Positions 1 to 6,532 of a stretch of 18,502 nt of DNA are shown piece after piece (positions within the stretch are counted from its first letter, which is position 1; each line of letters begins with the position of its first letter). Under the pieces are notes generated by a model, which searched no databases, was not told the DNA's origin, and was given only the letters and a program-made list of their open reading frames with translations. The DNA lies in contig JBBQPO010000109.1 of NCBI GenBank assembly GCA_038217285.1, positions 1 to 18,502 of the forward strand, read 5' to 3'. The translations under genes and the position numbers were made by a program. This DNA is from Chthonomonadales bacterium. GTDB taxonomy: Bacteria > Armatimonadota > Chthonomonadetes > Chthonomonadales > Chthonomonadaceae.

Positions 1-310
1 GGCTGTCGAGGAGGGTATGGCCCCCTTGCTGGAAGTCTTCCTGGACTTTGACCTCGCAGGGTCTTCCCTGGAGCGCGCCGAGTTGGTTGGCGAGTTTGAG
101 GCGATAGGATCGGAACTCGACGCTGACGCACGAGAGGAAGACCCGCATGCTCGGATTTGACTCGTTATCCGGCTCTCCCGCAGGCTGTGACTCGAGCGAG
201 TCAGGTCCGGAGGGTTGCAGTGTGACGGGCAGAGCCGGCTCCGGCAACTGCGGATCGGGAGCAACGGGATCGCCTGTCTGTTTGGAGAAGAGCCGCTTGA
301 ACCAGTTCAT
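1..310 (-). CDS. DUF4062 (TIR-like) domain protein, 5' part only; runs off the left edge of the window
   Basis: Not in the ORF track; translated by hand from ATG at 310 (AGGAG RBS 5 nt upstream): MNWFKRLFSKQTGDPVAPDPQLPEP...NPSMRVFLSCVSVEFRSYRLKLANQLGALQGRPCEVKVQEDFQQGGHTLLDS. The frame is open to the edge. RVFLSCVSxEFxxxRxxL...QEDF matches the start of DUF4062/TIR-like domains, after a Pro-rich linker. Confidence 0.75.
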   Translation of the reverse strand, partial: MNWFKRLFSKQTGDPVAPDPQLPEPALPVTLQPSGPDSLESQPAGEPDNESNPSMRVFLSCVSVEFRSYRLKLANQLGALQGRPCEVKVQEDFQQGGHTLLDS

Positions 311-486
311 GTCTGCTCCTAGCCTTTCAAAGATGACCGAGGGTCACGGCCTAGCCATTCGCGAGTTTCCACCGTTTAGCTGCCGATGGACAACAGCGTC
401 TTTTGCGGGAACGGAAGTCCCAACTCCCCTACAGGCGCCGTGTGAAATCGTCCCTTGAGAAGTGAGCCGGGTCCGATGAGGCAATT

Positions 487-1554
487 CTAGTTCTTGATCT
501 CCTCGGGAGCCTCAAGCCCGCGCAAGAGTTGTTCCAAATCCTTTGCAAGCTGAGTGAACTTGCCATAATAGAGGCAGCGGTGCGTACTGAGGTCGAAATG
601 GACAAGTTCTCCCTTGCGGGCAAGCAGTATAACCGGTATGCCGCGGCCCCAGGCATAACCAACTTCGAGGTAAACGTTTGGGCGACCCTCCGTGAGATCA
701 GCGATTACGATGAAGGCTGTTTCGATGCCATGTCTGACGCGATGCAGGATGTCGCCTGTGAAATGGGTCTTGTCGACCCTTTCGCAGATGAAACCGCAGT
801 TGCGCACGGCGGGATAGATTCCAAATTCATAGACGTTTTCGAACTCTTCCGAGTAGGGCATGGCCACAAACACACTCTTCTTGCGCGCTACCGCATCTAC
901 CCGTTGTATCTCTTCCATAGACGCTGCGTCCGTCTGTCGTATCCCATGATCTTCCTTCTCCAGTTCCAGTTGGCCGGGATCTGTTGCAGCATGCGTAATC
1001 CCGACATGTTCAGAGTTTGGTATTTCTGCGGGGAGATCCATTTGGGTAAGTACTGACTCCAACGTTCGCTTTGCCCGCTCGTCATTGGTGAGGAATTCTA
1101 TCTTTCCGATATCGGTTGATGACGCTGCAGACAAACCTCTTTGGAATCCACATATCAAGCGTTGGAGGGATTCGCCTTCGTCCAATCCATATCCGCCTCC
1201 GTGGACCGTCGTCGTCAGCACCTTCAGTGGCATCGAGAGACTGGAGAGGATTTCGATGAACCTTTGCGCGAAGCCCTGTATCTCGTCGTAGTCAAATGCA
1301 GTCAAGTCCGGCGTACCGAGGAACATGACCCGGGCGGGAGCGAGCCTGCCTTGCGTCTCAATGATCTTGAAGTCTCCAGGCTTGAGCCTGAGATCCCTCT
1401 CATCGCATAGGCCGGATGAAACAAGCATAGTCATGACTGCCCTGTCGGCACCGTAGAACGATTGCGCATGTTTCAAAAGGAGCAAATCGGACGGCTCCAA
1501 GAGAACATCTCCGAGTCGAACCACATATTCCGGCGTGTTCATAGCTCTATTCAT
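487..1554 (-). CDS. Macro-like N-terminal domain fused to a nucleoside 2-deoxyribosyltransferase/TIR-like C-terminal domain
   Basis: 355 aa ORF; an alternative ATG at 1542 lies 12 nt after GGAGG. The C-terminal VFVAMPY...RVD...IADLT..RPNVYLEVGYAWG..PVILL...FDL is the typical NDT/TIR-like signature with its conserved Glu. The N-terminal VVRLGDVL..SDLLLLKHAQ..GADRAV and TTVHGGGYGLD resemble Macro-fold motifs (less certain). Confidence 0.7.
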   Translation of the reverse strand: MNRAMNTPEYVVRLGDVLLEPSDLLLLKHAQSFYGADRAVMTMLVSSGLCDERDLRLKPGDFKIIETQGRLAPARVMFLGTPDLTAFDYDEIQGFAQRFIEILSSLSMPLKVLTTTVHGGGYGLDEGESLQRLICGFQRGLSAASSTDIGKIEFLTNDERAKRTLESVLTQMDLPAEIPNSEHVGITHAATDPGQLELEKEDHGIRQTDAASMEEIQRVDAVARKKSVFVAMPYSEEFENVYEFGIYPAVRNCGFICERVDKTHFTGDILHRVRHGIETAFIVIADLTEGRPNVYLEVGYAWGRGIPVILLARKGELVHFDLSTHRCLYYGKFTQLAKDLEQLLRGLEAPEEIKN

Positions 1555-1617
1555 CCTCCATGGTAACTTTGCAGCATGCGTCGGACAATCGCTTCCACGT
1601 GTACCCGGTCACGAATC

Positions 1618-1911
1618 CTATCGGGTTTCGGGAGGTACGATCCGGTACCCGAGTTTAAGAACCGCCTTTACCGTGCCGAGCGCAGTGATGCGGTCATACT
1701 CCTTTTCACTCTCCGGCAACGCGTCATAGGGTACGAGGCCGGGATGGAGTTTGTGGGTATCGTCCCGCTGCGCGCCATAACGCCATCCCTCGGCGGTACG
1801 CTGCACGGCCCAGAGGTCGTGTATATGTTCCGCGAGGCGTTCGGTCAAGGGCAATAGTTCTTGGGGAATCTCTACGCCATCGGTGAAGATCGGACTGGGT
1901 TCGTAGCTCAT
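1618..1911 (-). CDS. Standalone RyR (ryanodine receptor repeat) domain protein, 97 aa
   Basis: MSYEPSPIFT..VEIP.EL..L.ERLAEHIHDLWA..R..EGWRYG..RDD..KLHP.LVPYD.LPESEKEYDR......GYRI follows the RyR repeat consensus. Start moved to ATG 1911 (AAGGA RBS). Confidence 0.9.
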   Translation of the reverse strand: MSYEPSPIFTDGVEIPQELLPLTERLAEHIHDLWAVQRTAEGWRYGAQRDDTHKLHPGLVPYDALPESEKEYDRITALGTVKAVLKLGYRIVPPETR

Positions 1912-2004
1912 GAGTAATCCTTCTATTTCTCGGCGCGTCCCGTCAGCGGCCGAGATACGGTACGCGTACGCTGTTGGACGTAAGCGCTGCATACCCGGCC
2001 TTTC

Positions 2005-2034
2005 AGTATAGCAAAATCTGACGGGGAATCGGAA
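2005..2034 (-). promoter_or_regulatory. Putative sigma70 extended -10 promoter for the RyR/Macro-NDT/DUF4062 module
   Basis: Minus strand reads TTCCGA-N18-TATACT with TG at the extended position (TGCTATACT), inside the 136-nt JAB-RyR intergenic gap. Confidence 0.5.
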
Positions 2035-2047
2035 ACTCCAGAGAGGA

Positions 2048-2779
2048 TCAGACCAGGGACCATTGTGAACAGGGGTGTCCCTCGGCTCCGAAGAAGAAGC
2101 CGACCGCGTGAGAGATAGGATCGATCACCAGGGCGATCTGCCAGTCATGGAAGAAGACGCCGCGCTGCGTCTCCAAATCGGTGGAGGAGAGAAACACCCC
2201 CATACCAGGGTGGGAATGGTAGGAACCGAGCAAGGTCCATGTCGTCGGCAGAGACTGCAACTGAGGCGTGAGAGCCTGCCACGTCGCAGCGGTATAGGCA
2301 AAGGTAACGGCAGTGCCCTCGCCATCGTGTGCCGGCAGAGCCTCTTCCACGACCACACAGTAGAGATCGAGATCTGCATCGTAGATGGATTCGCCGATCA
2401 GCAGACCGCCGAGTTCTATCCGGGTGTCACTGCGCAGGTGCCTCTGTAACTTTTCGAAGGCAGCCCGACGCACGAGACAGCAAGAGGAGCCGCGCCGCAG
2501 ATCCGGCATGCGCTCCGGCGACAGCGCGCTCAGAAATTCAGAGGCGCGCGCGCGTTGGGGCCGATAGACGTCCTCCTGATCGACCCACTCGATCTCATCG
2601 AGTTCCGGAACGACAGGCGGAGTTTCCAGGCCAGCCTTGCTCTCCCGTTCCAGTCGCTTCCTCAGCACGGACGCAACAAACGCCTCGTCCTCCTGCCGCG
2701 CCAGCAGATCCGGGTCTGCCGCATTCGGTATCGAGGGCACAGCCCGGTCTTCCGTTTTTCTCTTCCAGAAAGGACGCAT
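2048..2779 (-). CDS. JAB/MPN (JAMM) metallo-isopeptidase, deubiquitinase-like, with N-terminal extension
   Basis: ELGGLLIG ... YHSHPGMGVFLSSTD (E...H-x-H-x7-S-x2-D) ... ALVIDP is a complete JAMM motif. The ATG directly abuts the E2 stop codon. Confidence 0.93.
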   Translation of the reverse strand: MRPFWKRKTEDRAVPSIPNAADPDLLARQEDEAFVASVLRKRLERESKAGLETPPVVPELDEIEWVDQEDVYRPQRARASEFLSALSPERMPDLRRGSSCCLVRRAAFEKLQRHLRSDTRIELGGLLIGESIYDADLDLYCVVVEEALPAHDGEGTAVTFAYTAATWQALTPQLQSLPTTWTLLGSYHSHPGMGVFLSSTDLETQRGVFFHDWQIALVIDPISHAVGFFFGAEGHPCSQWSLV

Positions 2780-3382
2780 CTACAGATCCTTCCAGACGAC
2801 GGTGCTGTCCTCCTCCGCCTCATTCCGGGGCGAGAGAAAAGGCAGGTCGTCCAGGAGAGGCGTGAAGGAAGGAAGGTTGGCATCAGGCGCTTTCCGGACG
2901 GGCGGATCGTTGACAAAGGTGCAGTGGTCGGTCGGGAAAAGGAGGCGGTTCTTTTTCGCCCACTCGGCCGCCGCCTCGTTGGCAGGATCCTTGATCGCAA
3001 GATATTCACGCTCGAACTGCAGGAGCGCGCCCAGCCGAAGCGCGAACCGGTCCAAAAATTCGCTCGTCTGCCAGTTTCCCATGCAGACGACCAGGTTCTT
3101 ATAGACGTGAGGATGGTACAAGGGGGTCAGCAGTTGAACCACCGGCGGTGCGATCGGTGCGGGATATTTTGATGGCAGGCGGATAGAGACGCGGTGCATT
3201 TCTCGGTAGACCGGTCGCCCCTTCTCCAGTCGCTCGATGCCCCGACACCGATAGACCAGAACGTACTGATCGATCGGCCGCCCTTTGACCGACTCCATCA
3301 TGAGCGTTCCACCGCTTCCGTGGGCAAGCGCCCGCAGGTGGAGGTAATCTGACTGAAGACGCAGGTCTCGCGCGTTCGCCAT
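2780..3382 (-). CDS. Ubiquitin-conjugating E2 (UBC-fold) enzyme
   Basis: UBC hallmarks: N-terminal RL..D helix, IRLPSKYP...PPVV...TPLYHPHVYKNLVVC (HPx-x7-Cys), W, and DPANEAAAEW. Start is ATG 3382 (GGGGAG RBS) or GTG 3391 overlapping the Ubl stop. Confidence 0.9.
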   Translation of the reverse strand: MANARDLRLQSDYLHLRALAHGSGGTLMMESVKGRPIDQYVLVYRCRGIERLEKGRPVYREMHRVSIRLPSKYPAPIAPPVVQLLTPLYHPHVYKNLVVCMGNWQTSEFLDRFALRLGALLQFEREYLAIKDPANEAAAEWAKKNRLLFPTDHCTFVNDPPVRKAPDANLPSFTPLLDDLPFLSPRNEAEEDSTVVWKDL

Positions 3383-3387
3383 ACCGA

Positions 3388-3651
3388 TCACTCCCCGCCG
3401 TGCGTTGCCAGCGGTTGAATCATCAGGGTGTCGTGGTCGCGCACTCTCTCTTCGGTCAGCATCTCAAAAGGAAGCAACTGCCGGTTCAAAGAGAGGTTCG
3501 TGACGACGTAGTTCGAGCCGAAGAGCATCTTCCAGCGTTTGGTCGAAGCGCGTATCAGGTCCTGCGCGGTCATCGTGCGTGGAAGCACGATCTCCGCTTT
3601 GCGTGTTTTGTCCGCAGTCTGCAAATAGAAAACAACTCGTTCTCCGCTCAT
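3388..3651 (-). CDS. Ubiquitin-like (beta-grasp) modifier protein, 87 aa, C-terminus HGG-E
   Basis: Size and pattern fit Ub/YukD-like folds (beta-beta-helix ... L...EMLTEERVRDHDTLMIQP...GG). It has a di-glycine one residue before the stop and lies between E1 and E2 with 3- and 5-nt gaps. Confidence 0.85.
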   Translation of the reverse strand: MSGERVVFYLQTADKTRKAEIVLPRTMTAQDLIRASTKRWKMLFGSNYVVTNLSLNRQLLPFEMLTEERVRDHDTLMIQPLATHGGE

Positions 3652-3654
3652 GTT

Positions 3655-4818
3655 TCAGCCTTTCCAGCCCTCGCCAAAGAGATCGCCTCCGGACAGTTGG
3701 AGGAAACGCCTGGTCCCCTCCCCTTGAATGCTCACGACGGCGCCGTTCGGAAGCCCCATCCGTGCCAGTGAAACGTCCGCATAGGGTCCTGCGGCGTCCA
3801 GCCAGTTCACGGCCTCCGGTTGGCGACTGCGCGTTTTGCAATCGGGACAGAACGTCCACTCCATACCGCACCGTTCCAACGGCTTCAAAACCGTCTCTAC
3901 CGCGCCACACTCCACGCACCGCATCTGCGTCAGAAGATCGAAGCCCAGTTCGACCGCCCCGCCCGACTCGCCCGCAAGGTCCAGCAAAAGACGGGGCGTT
4001 GCTATCTCTTTTGACTGCTCGATACCCTCGATAGGTTCCCAGGTATCATGGGCCAGGCACTCACTATTTTCCGGCAGGTCGTAAACCCCGAAATGATAGG
4101 GCTTCAGAGTCAGATAGAGCTTCTGAGAGAAGGCCAGCCCCTCTTTTTGCAGTGAGCCGGCGGCATGCAGCAGCAGCAACGCCTCATTGACGAGATACCC
4201 TGCAACGATAGAGGCGACCACGGCGGTCGTCGGCATCTTCTGATCGGCCTCCTCGGCGCGCAGGCCGCCGCAGGCGAATCGCCGGTTGCGCTCCTCCCAC
4301 ATCGCCGCCGACATGGCGCACTCGTAGCAGGCTCCCGATCTGCCGTCAAACAGACTGACCTCCGCAATCGTGGCTTCGATACCGCCGTTCAGCCAGGGAA
4401 CACCCGCCCGTCGGCAAAGGCGATTCAGGGCCAGACGGGCCTGCACACTGTCGAGACAGCCGATGACGACATCCATGTCCCGATAGACGCCAAGACCGAC
4501 ATCGAATTCGAGATCACCGACGAGAGAGCGAACCCGGATGTCAGGATTGATTTCGGCAGCGCGCTCTGCCGCCACCTCTGCCTTCGCCCGCCCGTGGTCT
4601 GCGGCGCGAAACAACACGCTGCGGGTTAAGTTCGATAGCTCGACCGTATCGCTGTCCACAATGACGAGATGTCCGACACCGATGAGCGCCAGATTCTTGA
4701 TGACCTCGTTGCCGATGGCCCCCGCGCCGACCACCATGACACGCGCGTGGTGCAGACGCTCCTGGTCCCACCAGTCGATCAGCCGATGCCGCGTATAACG
4801 ATCCTCTTCGGAATTCAA
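3655..4818 (-). CDS. Ubiquitin-activating E1-like enzyme (ThiF/MoeB/E1 adenylation domain, catalytic Cys, C-terminal Zn-ribbon/ubiquitin-fold-like extension)
   Basis: Motifs DRYTRH, VVGAGAIG, D.DTVELSNLTR, KAE, CLDS..AR, CYEC, downstream FAC (candidate thioester Cys), CLAH, then CVEC...CPDC. Start reassigned to TTG 4818, which overlaps the upstream TGA (TTGA) after a GA-rich RBS; 387 aa. Confidence 0.92.
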   Translation of the reverse strand: MNSEEDRYTRHRLIDWWDQERLHHARVMVVGAGAIGNEVIKNLALIGVGHLVIVDSDTVELSNLTRSVLFRAADHGRAKAEVAAERAAEINPDIRVRSLVGDLEFDVGLGVYRDMDVVIGCLDSVQARLALNRLCRRAGVPWLNGGIEATIAEVSLFDGRSGACYECAMSAAMWEERNRRFACGGLRAEEADQKMPTTAVVASIVAGYLVNEALLLLHAAGSLQKEGLAFSQKLYLTLKPYHFGVYDLPENSECLAHDTWEPIEGIEQSKEIATPRLLLDLAGESGGAVELGFDLLTQMRCVECGAVETVLKPLERCGMEWTFCPDCKTRSRQPEAVNWLDAAGPYADVSLARMGLPNGAVVSIQGEGTRRFLQLSGGDLFGEGWKG

Positions 4819-5159
4819 AGGTGCGTCTCTCTCTCCCGGAAGGGCACCACGGAGCCAGCCTTCCGGCAGTGACAGCAGCGCCCTTTGTCCGTATCCCGAA
4901 GAAAGGCCCAACCTTCGGCGCTATAGGCCGTATTGCAGTTACGGCACAGATAGAGGAAACTGCCTGTTTGCAGCGACTGGCGGGTGACAGGGCAGACCAG
5001 GGCGGTGTCTATGCCGAGCGCGGCAGCCTGGGGCGGACTCAACGAACGAAATTCGACGTTGGGATCGTCCGGCAGTTCGGCAGCATCGCGCGACGATTGC
5101 AGTGTGTTATCACGCAGGAGCCCCATTCTCATCAGCAGTGCTGTCAGTCGTTCCCGCAT
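4815..5159 (-). CDS. Small Cys-rich protein with a degenerate RING-like finger (candidate E3)
   Basis: 114 aa from ATG 5159 (AAGGAGG RBS). Contains CPVT-x12-CRNC-x3-YSAEGW-x10-CCHC. Translationally coupled to E1. Confidence 0.7.
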   Translation of the reverse strand: MRERLTALLMRMGLLRDNTLQSSRDAAELPDDPNVEFRSLSPPQAAALGIDTALVCPVTRQSLQTGSFLYLCRNCNTAYSAEGWAFLRDTDKGRCCHCRKAGSVVPFRERETHL

Positions 5160-5187
5160 CGTCACCACCCTCCTTGCACCCTCTCCC

Positions 5188-5526
5188 CTACAGTGCGTCA
5201 TCTCCTCGCTCCTCGGTACGCACACGGACGGCGTCTTCCATTGGCAGCACGAAGATTTTACCGTCGCCCTGTTCGCCTGTATGCGCATGGCGTTCTATCG
5301 TAGTGACGATCTCATCGATGTCTTCGTCACGCGCCACGATCTCGATCTTGATCTTCATAGGCAGTTCGATCGCGTACTCCACGCCCCGAAAACTCTCCCG
5401 ATGACCACGCTGCCGCCCACTGCCCCGCACATCCGACACCGAGAGCCCCGTCACCCCGATCTCCCCCAGCGCAATCTTGACCTCATCCAACTTGAGCGGC
5501 CGAATAATCGCCTCAATCTTCTTCAT
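5188..5526 (-). CDS. glnB: P-II family nitrogen regulatory protein (GlnB/GlnK)
   Basis: Canonical 112 aa: MKKIEAIIRP, GRQ39, RGVEY51, K58, TGEQGDGKIF, RVRT. glnB versus glnK cannot be resolved; no amtB is adjacent. Confidence 0.95.
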   Translation of the reverse strand: MKKIEAIIRPLKLDEVKIALGEIGVTGLSVSDVRGSGRQRGHRESFRGVEYAIELPMKIKIEIVARDEDIDEIVTTIERHAHTGEQGDGKIFVLPMEDAVRVRTEERGDDAL

Positions 5527-5575
5527 CTCCTAGCCCTTTCCTGCCTTCCTGTTCGTATCCCTTTCTTTTTTCCTG

Positions 5576-6526
5576 TTATTGTTCGCGCAGCACCCGCACG
5601 GCGACATCCATTGCGCGGGCAAAAGGGCCTCGGTAGATCCCGCGTATCGGTGGAACGTCCCCATAATCCCGCCCGAAATGGACCTTCACGTAGTTCTGAT
5701 TGGTCAGCAGATTGTTCGTCGGGTCGAAGCCATGCCATTTGCCGTCCGACAGCAGACATTCGACCCAGGCGTGCATGGCGTCTCCGCCGGTGGGACTGGT
5801 GCGAAGTGAGTAGGACGGCTTCTCGTCCACGCTATCCTCCGGTAGTTCCGTGACAGGATAGTCTTCCGCGCGTTCGCCGGTGTAGAGATAGCCGCTGACG
5901 TAGCGCGCAGGAATGTGCTGGCGACGACAGACGGCGAGCATGAGATGGGCGAAGTCCTGACAGACGCCACTTTTCTGTTCAAGCACCTGCTGAATCGAAG
6001 AGTTGACGTTGGTCGCTCCCGGCGCGTAGGCGATCACATGGTAGAGCAGCCGCGTCAGAGCGATCAGAAAGGAGGCGGAACCGACGTCTGCCTGCTTGTG
6101 CGCCACGACCGCGATGCGCTCCGTCTCCGGATGGAGGAGCACCCGTTCGGTCGGAGCCAGATACTCGCCATAGCGCTCCCGAACTGTCGGCTGCCGATAG
6201 AACGCGCTGTCGTCTTCGGTCAGGTTGAGTCCCGCGAACGGGTCGTGGCGATGCGTGACGACCAGCGACTCGGCCATAATCGCCAGTTCGTGGTGCGCAG
6301 AGCGGACGCCGAAGTGGTGGACGCGACCGGTGGGCAGATCGTACTCGAAAACCGGTGTGGACGGCAGGACCGTCAGGCGGAAGTCGAGGCACGTCTGATC
6401 GCCGTCGCTCAAGGGCATCAGTCGAACTTCGTTGTGACTCTCCGTCGCGGGAGTCGTGTAGCTGTATCGGGTCGTATGGTAGAGGCGCAGGCGCACGGTG
6501 GCAGTTTCCCTGTTCCGGAGAGACAC
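5576..6526 (-). CDS. Transglutaminase-like protein (bacterial transglutaminase N-terminal domain plus catalytic core)
   Basis: N-domain H.TRYSY...NEVRL.P; catalytic triad in GVCQDFAH, HAWVE and FDPTN; also ARYVSGYL and GRDYGDV.P. The start may be GTG 6496. Confidence 0.93.
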   Translation of the reverse strand: MSLRNRETATVRLRLYHTTRYSYTTPATESHNEVRLMPLSDGDQTCLDFRLTVLPSTPVFEYDLPTGRVHHFGVRSAHHELAIMAESLVVTHRHDPFAGLNLTEDDSAFYRQPTVRERYGEYLAPTERVLLHPETERIAVVAHKQADVGSASFLIALTRLLYHVIAYAPGATNVNSSIQQVLEQKSGVCQDFAHLMLAVCRRQHIPARYVSGYLYTGERAEDYPVTELPEDSVDEKPSYSLRTSPTGGDAMHAWVECLLSDGKWHGFDPTNNLLTNQNYVKVHFGRDYGDVPPIRGIYRGPFARAMDVAVRVLREQ

Positions 6527-6532
6527 GATCTC

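Noticed and set aside
147-458. 103-aa plus-strand ORF
   Set aside because: Largely antisense to the DUF4062 gene start; low-complexity Ser/Gly translation.
3388-4818. E1 plus small GG protein read as ThiF/ThiS or MoeB/MoaD sulfur transfer
   Set aside because: No thiamine, molybdopterin or cysteine-synthesis genes and no rhodanese domain are present, while an E2 with catalytic Cys is coupled to the pair.
2048-4818. CBASS Cap2/Cap3 ancillary module
   Set aside because: No CD-NTase is visible in the window, E1 and E2 are separate genes, and a dedicated Ubl is present.
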